The notes: generated by a model not told the origin, from the letters alone. Counted from the stretch's first letter, positions 7,787-18,790 are shown. The stretch is DNA of 63,359 bases from a virus (IMGVR_UViG_3300023179_000108:1-63359), one strand, 5' to 3'. Program-made: numbers and translations.

Positions 7787-8018
7787 TTACAAATCAGCAC
7801 ATTACGACCCCGTAACTTTGGAAAAATTAGAAATTGAAACTAACATACCAAACGAATTAGTTACTGATTTAAAACTTATGTTAGAACAAATGGAGAACTA
7901 CCTATCAACTCCGATAATAATTAACAAAGAAGATAAATCAGTTATGTGGGGATTAATGGATAAAGAAGATAAAACTTTGAAATATACAATATCAATAAAA
8001 CAAAACGAAAATGAATAA
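7779..8018 (+). CDS. hypothetical protein ending QNENE
   Basis: ORF track; start set at MSN by analogy with the repeat. Confidence 0.7.
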   Translation: MSNYKSAHYDPVTLEKLEIETNIPNELVTDLKLMLEQMENYLSTPIIINKEDKSVMWGLMDKEDKTLKYTISIKQNENE

Positions 8019-9108
8019 CATCGACCGACAATACTTAGAACTTGTAAACCACATCCTACGATTCGGATATACTAAACAAGACCGTACCGGAACAGGAACC
8101 AAGTCCATATTCGGGTGGCAGATACGCCATTCTATGAAGGACGGATTTCCACTTCTCACTACAAAGAAGATGGCGTTCAAGACGATGGTGACCGAACTAC
8201 TGTGGATGTTACGCGGAGACACAAACATTAAGTATCTTGTGGATAATGGTTGTCATATATGGGATGGTGATGCTTATAAGAATTATGTAAATACACATGA
8301 AAATTATGAGTGGACAGATGAATTTTGTAAAAAAAATCTTAAAGATTGTGGAGACCAATGGATGGAATTGAGTAAAGAAGAATTCATCAACAAAATCAAA
8401 ACCGATGATGAGTTTGCAAAGAAGTGGGGTGAGTTAGGTCCAATTTATGGCAAGCAATGGAGAAAGTGGAAGCAAAAAGATATATTGGAATGGGGTTATA
8501 AAGAAGGGGAAGTAGAGGTAGACCAAATCGCAAACGCAATTCATCCACTGAAAACAGACCCTGATAGTAGGAGGATACTTGTGAGTGCTTGGAACGTAGG
8601 AGAACTTGACCAGATGACGTTGCCACCGTGTCACTACTCGTTTCAATTTTATACGAGAGAGTTGAGTGAAGATGAGAGATATGAATTATGTGCAGCACAA
8701 AAAAGTAAAATGACTGCAATCTCTGAAGAAGATTATATCAAATATAACATTCCAACACGAGCAATCTCTTTATCCTGGCAACAACGCAGTGTGGACGTGG
8801 GATTGGGCCTCCCCTTTAACATCGCATCCTACGCTCTTTTGTTGGAAATTATAGCCAAAGAAGTCAATATGGTTCCCGAAGAAGTGATTGGTAACTTGGG
8901 AGACTGTCACATCTATCTCAATCACGAAGAGGGATTGAAGGAGCAATTGACGAGGATTCCTTACGATTTACCCAAATTAAAATTCAATCCCATATTTTTA
9001 GCTAATTTAGAACAGAAAGGGTTTGATGAAGCTGTTAATGGACAAATCAATTTTGAGTTAGAGAATTATCAATCGCACCCAGCAATTAAACTTCCCCTTT
9101 CAAATTAA
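8011..9108 (+). CDS. thyA: thymidylate synthase
   Basis: DRTGTGT, FPLLTTKK, LGPIYGKQWR, DSRR, LPPCH, QRSVDVGLGLPFNIASY, GDCHIY. Confidence 0.98.
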   Translation: MNNIDRQYLELVNHILRFGYTKQDRTGTGTKSIFGWQIRHSMKDGFPLLTTKKMAFKTMVTELLWMLRGDTNIKYLVDNGCHIWDGDAYKNYVNTHENYEWTDEFCKKNLKDCGDQWMELSKEEFINKIKTDDEFAKKWGELGPIYGKQWRKWKQKDILEWGYKEGEVEVDQIANAIHPLKTDPDSRRILVSAWNVGELDQMTLPPCHYSFQFYTRELSEDERYELCAAQKSKMTAISEEDYIKYNIPTRAISLSWQQRSVDVGLGLPFNIASYALLLEIIAKEVNMVPEEVIGNLGDCHIYLNHEEGLKEQLTRIPYDLPKLKFNPIFLANLEQKGFDEAVNGQINFELENYQSHPAIKLPLSN

Positions 9109-9486
9109 AAAACAATAATTATGAATCAAAAAACAATTACATTAGATGGTGTTGATTATTATTTGATACCAAAACCTAAAAAAACAACCCTACCAGAAGG
9201 AGTTGAAATTAAATTCGATAAAACAGAAATTAAAACATATTTTGATATAAGGGTAAGGGGTTGGTGTTCAAGAAGAACAAGTGATGGAGAAAATCCATGG
9301 GTTCTTTTTAGAAGAATTGAAAACGAAGATGGTAGCTTTGAATGGATTGATTGGACAACTGGCGGTGTTAGACCTACAAGAGAACACGAATTGATTGTTG
9401 AAAGTTGGTATCAAAATTATATAAATTCATAAATCGCGCTTAAACATTAAACTTCCCCTTTCAAATTAAAAAACAAAAATTATGAA
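9071..9486 (+). repeat. imperfect direct repeat of the thyA 3' end (9071-9125 and 9432-9486)
   Basis: ATTAAACTTCCCCTTTCAAATTAAAAAACAA is identical at 9085 and 9446. Confidence 0.9.
9121..9432 (+). CDS. hypothetical protein inside the direct repeat
   Basis: ORF track. Confidence 0.75.
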   Translation: MNQKTITLDGVDYYLIPKPKKTTLPEGVEIKFDKTEIKTYFDIRVRGWCSRRTSDGENPWVLFRRIENEDGSFEWIDWTTGGVRPTREHELIVESWYQNYINS

Positions 9487-9643
9487 AAAGAACACATTTA
9501 CAGTTGAATACGACACTCAAGCAATTTTCACGGTGGATGATATTAAAAGTATTCTTAACGAATCTTTTGGTCTCGACATAATAAGATTGAGTGAGGATGA
9601 TGATGAGACACAGAAGTATGAAATAGTCAAATTGGAAAATTAA
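9482..9643 (+). CDS. small acidic protein (not in ORF track)
   Basis: MKKNTFTVEYDTQAIFTVDDIKSILNESFGLDIIRLSEDDDETQKYEIVKLEN*. Confidence 0.65.
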   Translation: MKKNTFTVEYDTQAIFTVDDIKSILNESFGLDIIRLSEDDDETQKYEIVKLEN

Positions 9644-9656
9644 AAAAACAAAAATT

Positions 9657-9890
9657 ATGAGCAAACCAATTTTCATTGTACGATTACCAGCAAAAAAATA
9701 TGAACCAGACATGATTGATGGTATTCAAGAAAGATTCAGCACATCGGATATATCTAATGACTATCATGTATTAGTTATGGCAGATGCATTTACAGGCGGA
9801 CAAACAAAGTTCGAATGCTTCAACGCTCCTCACACAGAAATGGAATTTGAAGAGCTGAAGCGTCGAGTGTTAGAGTTACTAAAAGATTAA
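9657..9890 (+). CDS. hypothetical protein
   Basis: ORF track. Confidence 0.7.
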   Translation: MSKPIFIVRLPAKKYEPDMIDGIQERFSTSDISNDYHVLVMADAFTGGQTKFECFNAPHTEMEFEELKRRVLELLKD

Positions 9891-9902
9891 AACAAAAGAA
9901 CA

Positions 9903-10193
9903 ATGAGTTACATTAGCATAGACGTAGACATCGATGATATCGTCTTAAGTATGAGCAAGTACGACAGAAGAAAGTTCTTCGAAGCAATGCAAGCGGAAGG
10001 ATACATTTCTGAGCATTGTGTTGTTACAGACAACGGAGAAGTAGAAGCTCCTCCGCTGGTTGAAAAAAAAGCAGCTGCATCTAGCCAAGATGATTTCAAT
10101 CTGGCACTAAAAAAACTATGGGACAACGGTTGGAAACTTACAAAAGAAGAAGAAGACTGTATTATAGGCATATCTAAACGGTTTATACTCTAA
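9903..10193 (+). CDS. hypothetical protein
   Basis: ORF track. Confidence 0.7.
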   Translation: MSYISIDVDIDDIVLSMSKYDRRKFFEAMQAEGYISEHCVVTDNGEVEAPPLVEKKAAASSQDDFNLALKKLWDNGWKLTKEEEDCIIGISKRFIL

Positions 10194-10195
10194 CT

Positions 10196-10312
10196 ATGTT
10201 AGCTGCTATAATTTTAACTTTATCGTTTTCACTATCTATAGCTTGGCTGTGGACTGGAGGTATTGAGTATATACACAAATATCATAAAGATTATAAAGAA
10301 AATAATTTTTAG
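10196..10312 (+). CDS. small membrane protein (not in ORF track), paralogue of 7101..7247
   Basis: MLAAIILTLSFSLSIAWLWTGGIEYIHKYHKDYKENNF*. Confidence 0.65.
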   Translation: MLAAIILTLSFSLSIAWLWTGGIEYIHKYHKDYKENNF

Positions 10313-10351
10313 GCAAAATAAATTTAATATATTTATTGAAGAAAATAATTT

Positions 10352-11116
10352 ATGTATCTAGAATGTGTTACAGTTTGTGTTAATTACGGTGATTTCTTAG
10401 CTCAAACGTTACCTCAAAATAAACAACATTTTAATCACATGGTTGTTGTTACTACACCTAGTGATAAACTTACTCAAAAGATATGTGATTACCATAATGT
10501 TGAATATCTAGTAACAAATGAATTTACAGCAGGGGGAGCTCCATTTAACAAAGCTAAAGGTATAAATGTTGGATTAGAATACCTATCTCGGAAAGATTGG
10601 GTATTGCATTTAGATGCTGATATGTATCTTCCACCTCTTACTAGAGGTATTTTAGATCGTATTTCTTTAGTTAAAGAAAATATCTATGGTATAGATAGAA
10701 TGATGTGTCCTAATTTTGAAGAGTGGACTAAATTTTTGAATGAACCCGGTCCTCTTCATACAGGATGGGTTTATATACACCCAACTCGTTTTCCTATGGG
10801 TGTTCGTATTGGAGAATATATGAGTGAAGGATATGAACCCATTGGTTATTTTCAATTATGGAACCCAAACGGGTCAGGAGTAAAATTATATCCTGAAGAA
10901 CACGGTGCTGCAGACAGAACAGATGTTATATTTGCTAAAAAATGGCCTAGAGTTAAACGAGTATTAATACCTGAAATTATAGGTATTCATTTAGATTCAG
11001 AAAACGCTACTTTAGAACAAATGGGAATGAATTGGCAAGGTAGAAAATCAAAACCATTTGGTTATACTACTATAGAGCAGCATAAGAAAAAAGGATGGAG
11101 TATTTTTTCCAAATAA
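10352..11116 (+). CDS. GT-A fold (GT2-like) glycosyltransferase
   Basis: VTVCVNYGDFL, FNKAKGINVG, WVLHLDADM (DxD motif), GYFQLW. Confidence 0.8.
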   Translation: MYLECVTVCVNYGDFLAQTLPQNKQHFNHMVVVTTPSDKLTQKICDYHNVEYLVTNEFTAGGAPFNKAKGINVGLEYLSRKDWVLHLDADMYLPPLTRGILDRISLVKENIYGIDRMMCPNFEEWTKFLNEPGPLHTGWVYIHPTRFPMGVRIGEYMSEGYEPIGYFQLWNPNGSGVKLYPEEHGAADRTDVIFAKKWPRVKRVLIPEIIGIHLDSENATLEQMGMNWQGRKSKPFGYTTIEQHKKKGWSIFSK

Positions 11117-11142
11117 AATATATTTATATAAAATAAGTTAAT

Positions 11143-11562
11143 ATGAACGATTACAAAACTAATCAAGAAATATTTTCAGCTTGGAAAAACCAGATTGAAA
11201 TGAGTCCTTCCTCTATTTTTAGTAAACAAGATGTCTTAAATGTATTAGATAGTGTATTTAAAGCTCTCAATCTTGTTGAAGGAGAAAGTACAGGTAATGG
11301 AGAATCATTTGCTAGTATTGCTAATGAAGCTATGAATGATTTTAAAGTAGAAACATTAAAAGGTTTAGCTGAGTTAGTAGATGAAGGTAAATATCATGAT
11401 GAATTAATGGATTTTTCTCAAATTGTATACAGCATTGAACCAGGTAGTGTTATAGCTGTAAAAGATGGAGTTGTAATAGACTTAGAAAAATTTGATGGAT
11501 TTTTAGAAACAATTAAAAATCGCTGTCTTAATCCTACTGTTCCTCTTGCTGATAATGAATAA
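11143..11562 (+). CDS. hypothetical protein
   Basis: ORF track; upstream ATATTTAT. Confidence 0.7.
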   Translation: MNDYKTNQEIFSAWKNQIEMSPSSIFSKQDVLNVLDSVFKALNLVEGESTGNGESFASIANEAMNDFKVETLKGLAELVDEGKYHDELMDFSQIVYSIEPGSVIAVKDGVVIDLEKFDGFLETIKNRCLNPTVPLADNE

Positions 11563-11572
11563 AATGTTTTGA

Positions 11573-12295
11573 ATGAAAATTATCGCTATTAGTGATACTC
11601 ATGGTAAGCATAATCATGTAAGCTTACCGGATGGTGATTTATTAATACATGCTGGTGATTTAACCAATATTGGGAGAGAAATAGAAGTAGAAGAAGTAAT
11701 TAATTGGTTTTATCAACAAGCAAATCGTTATACTTATGGTATAGTGTTTATAGCAGGTAATCATGATCGTTCATTCGATCCTAAATTTAATTTAAATGAT
11801 GGAAAAACTAAAAAACCAAAATGGTTATTTAATATTTTATCTAATATTAAATCTACTAACCATATACACTATTTGGAGAACAACTCTGTTGAAATAAACG
11901 GAGTTAAAATATGGGGATCACCTATCACACCTTGGTTTGGAGGTGACTATTGGGCGTTTAATGCTCATAGAGGTCCTGATATAATGAAATATTGGGAACA
12001 AATTCCATCTGATGTTAACATAATAGTTACTCATGGTCCTGTAATGTATAAGTTAGACTATACAATATATGATAAAAAATACGTTGGTTGTGAACAACTA
12101 AGATATCAAATAGAAACAATAAAACCACTACTTCATATTTCAGGCCATATTCATGAAGGATATGGGTATGAATACAGCACTGATACTCATTATTTTAATG
12201 CTTCAATTTGCAATATCAATTATAATCCAATAAATGAACCTTGGAGTATAGATGTTGATTTTGAAAATAGAGATATTAATGGTGAGTTTTTTTAA
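11573..12295 (+). CDS. calcineurin-like metallophosphoesterase
   Basis: ISDTH, HAGD, AGNHD, VTHGP, SGHIHE. Confidence 0.93.
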   Translation: MKIIAISDTHGKHNHVSLPDGDLLIHAGDLTNIGREIEVEEVINWFYQQANRYTYGIVFIAGNHDRSFDPKFNLNDGKTKKPKWLFNILSNIKSTNHIHYLENNSVEINGVKIWGSPITPWFGGDYWAFNAHRGPDIMKYWEQIPSDVNIIVTHGPVMYKLDYTIYDKKYVGCEQLRYQIETIKPLLHISGHIHEGYGYEYSTDTHYFNASICNINYNPINEPWSIDVDFENRDINGEFF

Positions 12296-14967
12296 AAATA
12301 TTATTATTTGTTTCTTTCCTAATGAGTATACTAAGTTTATTTATTTGGGATACATTGATTATTTATTTGAGAAAAATACAAAGGAGTATAGTATAATAAA
12401 AGATTTTATTTTAATTGTTGATGGAGCTGCTAGACCAAAATGGTGCCCTAAATGGTTTCTACGTTTATTAGAATTATACAGAAATAATAACTCAATAGTA
12501 AATAAATTACATAGTAAAATAACTAAAAATATTCGTATTACAGATATGTCAACTACATATCATAGCCATAATATTATTATACAGGGTTACTTTAATCCTG
12601 AAATTATGTATAGTATAGAAAGATTAAAAGAAAAATTATTATATGAAACCGATACACAAATTTAATGATGGCTCTGGAGCTACATTGTGCCATAAATGTT
12701 ATAAAATAATTAGTAATGGTTTTACTGATGATTTATATTGTGAAAAACATAATAATGAAGAATCTATTTACAAATATAGATTAGTTAGAGAACATGATGG
12801 ATTAGTTAAAACAGGTAATGTAGCGTATTGGGTAGAATGGGATGAAAACAATAGAGGTAAAAAACCACATCAAGAACCAGCAATAGGATATAGTTTTGTA
12901 CTTGACTTTATGTATGGTGATTACATTTGGTTAACAACACAAGTAGAAGAAATTTTAAGTAGGCAAGATAATTATATTAAATTTAAAACAAAAAATAGTA
13001 TTTACGAATTATTTATCAATGAGACAGAAAGTAAGTAAAGAAAAACGTCGTTGGTTTATAGTTATGAATTCTAAATGTCAATTTTTTTGTGGATTACAAT
13101 ACGGTGGAGAACTAGTTTGGACAGATGATTCTAATAGAGCTAAACCACTTGATGATGAAAGAAAATTTGAAACACTACAAGTATTATGTCGTGGTGAAGA
13201 ATTGATAATGGACTATATTAATTAATAATATTTATTGGTAAATAACAAACATGAAACAAATTAATGAAGTTAAAAGAATGCAGCAATTAGCTGGTGTTTT
13301 AAAAGAAGAAGATACTTGGGCGGATGCAGCTAGAGAAGAGGCTATAGATGGTATTATAAAAAATATGAAACAAGAAGTGCAAGATTTAATAAGAATGCAA
13401 TATGGTGACACTGCAGAGGGTGTTTTAGATAGAGTTAAAAAAGAATTAAGCATGCATCAATTTGAAGTACCTGATACAGAGGATCTTCCTTTTTAAATTA
13501 AAAAGAATCATTTAAAATATCCAAAGGACATAAGCATTAAAGAAGTTGAAACTCTTAATTATTAATCAATAAAAACAAAAACAATGAAGGTTATTAAAGA
13601 AAATTACACGATGAAGTGGTTTGAGTTTGTTGATGAGAAACTTATCCATCATGAAGTAACTAATGAGTATTCAATTGCTTTAACAGATGATGGTAAGATA
13701 AAAAATATCATTAATGAATTTGGATCTTCAATAAGTGAAGATAGTGAAGTGTTTGAGTATTTCTCAAGCAAGTACAATGGTTAATTTTAATGAAAGCAAA
13801 GACGAATCATATATTCGTCGCCGCAATCATCTTTTAGAGATGATGAAAAAAGAAAAATGGGATGTGGATGAAAAACCACAATATAAAAAACGTGGTCGTA
13901 AAATCAAAGAAAAATCTAAATCAAATATTGATTTAGAAAAACCAAGAAACAAATATTATAGTTGGTTAAAATAAATGTTATGACAGAACAAGAACTGATA
14001 GACGCTGGTTTTGAAAAACTTATAGAAGAAAATGGTGGTTATGAACCATTTTATTATTACTTTTGGGAACCATATGAAATGAGTGGTTTTGGTCTTATTT
14101 CACCTGCTAATGATGAAGTAAAAGATAATTTTTGGAAAATATACATGTTTGATGATGAAAGTATAGTATTCTCAGATATTAAAGAAATTCAAACACTTAT
14201 AGATGTAATAAAAAGAAATACTAAAATCAAATAACTATGGCTAAAGCTATTCTTGAATATGATCTTGCTAATCCTGATGATGTTATAGAATATAATAGAG
14301 TTAATAAAGTATTAGATTTAGCCCTAGCAATTTGGGATATAGATAGTTTTCTAAGATCAAAAATTAAATATGCTCCTGATGATATATCTCAAGAAAAATA
14401 TGAAGCATATAGTGAAGTTAGAGAAGAATTATATGAAATATTGAATAAGCATAGTATTAATATGGATAATATAATAAAATGAAAAAGTTTGAATGGTTAA
14501 AAATATTAAATAGCCCATTTAAACTGTTTAGTGTTAGATGGTATATTGGTAAAACACAAATTGGAGTACCTTATTTTTACCCTAGAAAATGGGTTAAAAG
14601 TAAAGAAAAACCGGGATATTTAAAACCCATACCACTTAAAGTAGGATTTGATTACTGTGATTTAGGATGGAAGACTAAATGGGGGGATACTGATTTTAGA
14701 TATGAATGGGGACCTGTATTTACATTTGTATTCTTTGGTTATCAAATAGCAGCAATGGTAGGATTTAGAGATAAAGAAGCTGTTCATGCATATTGGGAAG
14801 CATGGTTATGTTATGAATATGCTACAGATAAAACTAAATCCAAAGTAGAACGAATAGCTGAATGTAGAAAAATAATGCCTCAAATATGGTATAAATACAC
14901 TGATGGAAATAAAGAAACAATTGATTATTATGAACGTATACTTAAACCAAAGTATTTAAATAAATAA
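12252..14967 (+). other. run of small hypothetical CDSs: 12252/12279..12665, 12643..13038, 13019..13225, 13584..13784, 13777..13974, 13962..14234, 14237..14482, 14479..14967
   Basis: Tightly packed co-directional ORFs with no motif recognised. Confidence 0.65.
13251..13496 (+). CDS. hypothetical protein with RMQQLAG-LKEE leader, late-type promoter
   Basis: ATATTTAT at 13228; leader ends in LKEE like the putative head-protein leaders. Confidence 0.65.
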   Translation: MKQINEVKRMQQLAGVLKEEDTWADAAREEAIDGIIKNMKQEVQDLIRMQYGDTAEGVLDRVKKELSMHQFEVPDTEDLPF

Positions 14968-15009
14968 GTTGGCAAAATAATTTTTATATTTTTAATTAAA
15001 TAATAGGTT

Positions 15010-15372
15010 ATGAAAAAAGAATTCGTTCCTTACGAACAAGCATTAGAACTTAAAGAACTAGATTTTGATGAACCTTGTTTTGGATGGTACACGTTGGAAG
15101 GTGATGGAGCGAAACCAATGTTTATTTTTGAGCAATGCCTTAAACAAGATATAGGTTTATGTTTAGCCCTAACCTTCTCTCAAGCATTTAGATTTTTTCG
15201 TGAGAAGTATGGATTAGTAGGTTTAATCGAGATTGGTACACAGGAATATTCTTTTTTCATATACGATGAAAAGACAGATAGTCCAAAAGTAACAACTTCC
15301 ATGAATGGTACCTACGAAAAAGCAGAACTTGGATGTCTCAAGAAGTTGATTGAGATGGTAAAAAACAAATAA
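15010..15372 (+). CDS. phage protein (EFVPYEQALELKEL family), related to 16070..16441 and 21231..21434
   Basis: Shared FREKYG/LRVNHG and TYE(K)AE..CL.KLIE C-terminal pattern. Confidence 0.7.
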   Translation: MKKEFVPYEQALELKELDFDEPCFGWYTLEGDGAKPMFIFEQCLKQDIGLCLALTFSQAFRFFREKYGLVGLIEIGTQEYSFFIYDEKTDSPKVTTSMNGTYEKAELGCLKKLIEMVKNK

Positions 15373-15373
15373 C

Positions 15374-16886
15374 ATGACACAAGAAGAAATACAAGAACGT
15401 AATAAGCAGATTGCGTTGATGCTTAGATTAAAGCTACCTCTTTCAATATCAAAATACTCAGCATTAATTTGTGAGAACAATGGTAACTATCATTCAGATT
15501 GGAACTGGCTTATGGAGGCAATTCAATTTTTACATAAAAACTTTGAAAGTAAAGAAAGGGGTTGGACTTCAATTGAGAGGTATCCGCTTTATACAGATAT
15601 CGAAACTGTTTTTGTTTTAGTATCTGATTTTGCCAGACATTATAACGAAGGAAAACTATGAAGCACAGTTTATTTGCAATAGACAACTACCTGTTGGTGG
15701 TAGATGACTCAGAGATTAAAGAAGGGGATAAAGTACTATACAATGATTTAGATATTTTAACTACAGACAAGTTTGATTCTTGGTTTACAAAATGGGATTT
15801 TGTGGAGAAAAGCATTCCTCCTGTCAAGTATATCAATAATTGCAAAAAAATCATTGCTCACCTCCCTCTCAATGGAGCACCAGTTCTTGATGGTGTTCCA
15901 CTACTTCCACCACTTCCACAAGAAGACGATAAAGAGAAGTATAAGTACACAGAGGAGGATTTAGTTAGGGCGTTGTGGAAAGTTGGGAATCTGTAAGTGA
16001 TTATATAACTTCTATAGAACAAAGTTATTTTCCAAACGGTGTTATCATCATTCAATCAAAACAAACAATATGAAACTAATAAACAAAGATGTACATGAAC
16101 ATTGTTGTTCATTGGAACTATTACAACTACTCTATGACAAAGGAATGAGGTATCGTGAATGGGGAGAGGGTACATTAACATATAATTCATTAGCGGAAAA
16201 GAAGTTCAATGAGGGTGATGTTTCATACCTAAAGGATACAGTCACACATCAAATTGTTCTTGAGTGGTTAAGAGTTAATCATGGTATTTGGATTTCAGTT
16301 TCTTTAGATTTATCAAATACTCAATTATTTGATTTTGAAATTCAAAAAGAACATTGGCTACATCTTGAAACAGGACTTTATGACACACCGCAAGAAGCGA
16401 CAGAAGTTGGAATAATGTATGTTTTAAATAATTTGATATGACAATAAAAGAATGAAACGCAACAAAATGAAAAGAAAACTTAATCAAATATTAAATAGTT
16501 TTACAGCTATTTTAACTGGACTTACTATGTCTTCTCTTTGGATAACAAATAATGATAATTGGAAAATATACCTACCATTAATTTTTATTTGTATAGGACT
16601 TAGAAACGCAATAGATGACGCTGAATAAAATACAAACATTATGAAAGGAGTATACCTCACAGAGGAAGGAAAGAAAGCTATTGAAGCTAAGATAGTTGAA
16701 CTTGAAAGGTTCAACTTTGAATTGGAAGATGAAAAGCTAAATGGTAATTTGGAAGGGAATGTTTATTGTTTAAAAGAAATCCTATCCTCAGCAACAATAC
16801 TTCCTGTCGAAAAGGGATATTTTGAGTTTTATTATAATATAGAAGAATATCCAAATGGAGTAATCATCATCCAATCAGAACAATAA
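15374..16886 (+). other. small hypothetical CDSs 15374..15661, 15658..15996, 16070..16441, 16641..16886
   Basis: ORF track; co-directional. Confidence 0.65.
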
Positions 16887-16913
16887 CATGTCACCCAAGG
16901 AAATAGAAAAACT

Positions 16914-17186
16914 ATGACACAAAAGAAAATAGATGCAACAGATGCTCCTCTTGAAGGAGCCATTGAATGGTTCTGGAAACAACTGCCAGAGATTCTACCA
17001 TATACAGTTGATACAGAAACTGCTATTGATTTACTAGACGCTTACGAACGTGCTAAACAAACTCAAAAGCACATGGTGATGCATGCGTACAATTATGGAT
17101 GGGATGATGGGCATTTTGATGTAAAAGGAAGCGAGGAAGATGATGCTGATGAGAAATTTTACAATACGTTTTATGGAAAGCAATAA
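16914..17186 (+). CDS. QTAVEW/EKAKE-family phage protein, copy 1
   Basis: AIEWF...ERAKQTQKHMVMHAY...EKFYNTFYGK. Confidence 0.7.
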   Translation: MTQKKIDATDAPLEGAIEWFWKQLPEILPYTVDTETAIDLLDAYERAKQTQKHMVMHAYNYGWDDGHFDVKGSEEDDADEKFYNTFYGKQ

Positions 17187-17433
17187 ACAACAGACCGCAG
17201 TTGATTGGTTGTTTCTTATGTTAAACAATCCAAATAGAGACCAAGAGTTTGCTCATAAGTTATTACAAAAGGCTAAAGAAATAGAGAAAGAGCAGATAAT
17301 GAGAGCGTTTGCATTAGGTAAAGCGGAAGTTTTAATGTATGAAATTGGAAATAGAAAAGACGGAGAAGATTATTATAATGAAACACATGGAAAACAACAA
17401 GCAACAAACAGCAATACAAAGTTTTTGGGATAA
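17173..17433 (+). CDS. QTAVEW/EKAKE-family phage protein, copy 2
   Basis: MESNKQQTAVDWL...KAKEIEKEQI...EDYYNETHGK. Confidence 0.75.
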   Translation: MESNKQQTAVDWLFLMLNNPNRDQEFAHKLLQKAKEIEKEQIMRAFALGKAEVLMYEIGNRKDGEDYYNETHGKQQATNSNTKFLG

Positions 17434-17635
17434 AATAGCATTGCAATTATCTATTGCACAAATTAACGAGTTCCTACCTGAATTTGAAAAAGCCAAAGAA
17501 ATGCATAAAGAGCAGATAGAAAACGCTTGGGATAGGGGACAGTATATCGGTGAAACTTTTCCGCAAAGAAATATTGAGCCAGAGTACGAAAACAATTCAG
17601 AGGAGTACTACAACAAAACATATAGAAAAGAATAA
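17387..17635 (+). CDS. QTAVEW/EKAKE-family phage protein, copy 3
   Basis: MENNKQQTAI...EKAKEMHKEQI...EEYYNKTY. Confidence 0.75.
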   Translation: MENNKQQTAIQSFWDKIALQLSIAQINEFLPEFEKAKEMHKEQIENAWDRGQYIGETFPQRNIEPEYENNSEEYYNKTYRKE

Positions 17636-17681
17636 AAAGGCAAAATAATTTTTTTATATTTATACATATAATAACTAAAAA

Positions 17682-18740
17682 ATGCCAATCATTACCAAGG
17701 ATCAGTCTCAAGACAAAGCTAGTAATCGTTTAGACAGGAATTTAAACAAAAAGAAAAAACAAAAACCATTAGGTGAAGAAGAATGGAGTGAACTAACAAA
17801 TAGAGGAGCTAGTTTAGCTGAGCAATTTGAATGGCTTAAAATTAAAAAACAAAAGGATGATTATAAATAATGCTGAGTTAATGTATAAAGCATTTTTAAT
17901 TGAAGCCACAACTAAACTACTTGTATTGAAAGGAATCACCGATTGGGAAAAATTAGTTAAAGAAATTGATGAACAATACCAACCAATCACAGAAGAAGAA
18001 ATGGAAGTATTTAGTGAAGCTATTATATATGCTAGATGTGCTATATTAAACTAAAAAGTTATGAATAAAACAAAATGGTATTGGTGGTTTCCTCTTTTAG
18101 GATTGTTCTTTATAGAAGAAATTACAGGGTGGGTTTGGGATAGTAAACTAGAAGAACAAAAACAAAGAATATCATATTATTCTTCTATATGGGCTCTACA
18201 CCTAATAAGTACTTCTATAGTTATGATGATATTTATTTTAGTGATAAAATCTTAAAATAATATAATATGGCTGCTACTATCTTAAAAGGTTTTCACTATT
18301 CTTTTGGGATAGCCCCTAAAATATACACTACACCAACTACCATTTCTAAGCAAATAACATTCACTGACAGTTGTAGATATAATCTTAATTCTGATGATCA
18401 ATTAGATATAAATAAGTTATTTGGTATTGGTTATTTTCCATCACATCATCATAATAGTGTTAGGTTTGGATGGAGATATGATTTAAATCAAGACAAAATA
18501 GAAGTATTAGCTTATTGGTATGAAGATAAAGTAAGAAAAAATATGTCTTTATTTTTTGCTAATATAGGGAAAAAATATGAATATGATATTCATGCAATGA
18601 AAAGTTCTCATATTTTAAGTGTTAAAAAAACAGTTGGTTATACTGTATTTGTTCCAAGTAAACGTTATGGTTTTTCTCTTAATCCATATTTTGGGGGTAA
18701 TAGACGAGCACCTCACACTATGAAAATACTTATTGATTAA
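17682..18740 (+). other. hypothetical CDSs 17682..17870, 17857..18054, 18061..18255 (membrane), 18267..18740
   Basis: ORF track. Confidence 0.65.
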
Positions 18741-18790
18741 AGAGGCAAAATAAAAGTCTTATATTTAGTTTATAATTAAAAATAAATGTT

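Larger units (their letters stand above)
7516..8018 (+). repeat. three copies of CAAAAYGAAAATGARTAA at gene junctions (7516, 7769, 8001)
   Basis: Direct sequence comparison; each copy encodes QNENE-stop of one gene and the ATG of the next. Confidence 0.85.

Noticed and set aside
8011-9108. Intron or intein in thyA
   Set aside because: The ORF is continuous; the extra segments are short in-frame insertions without intein terminal residues
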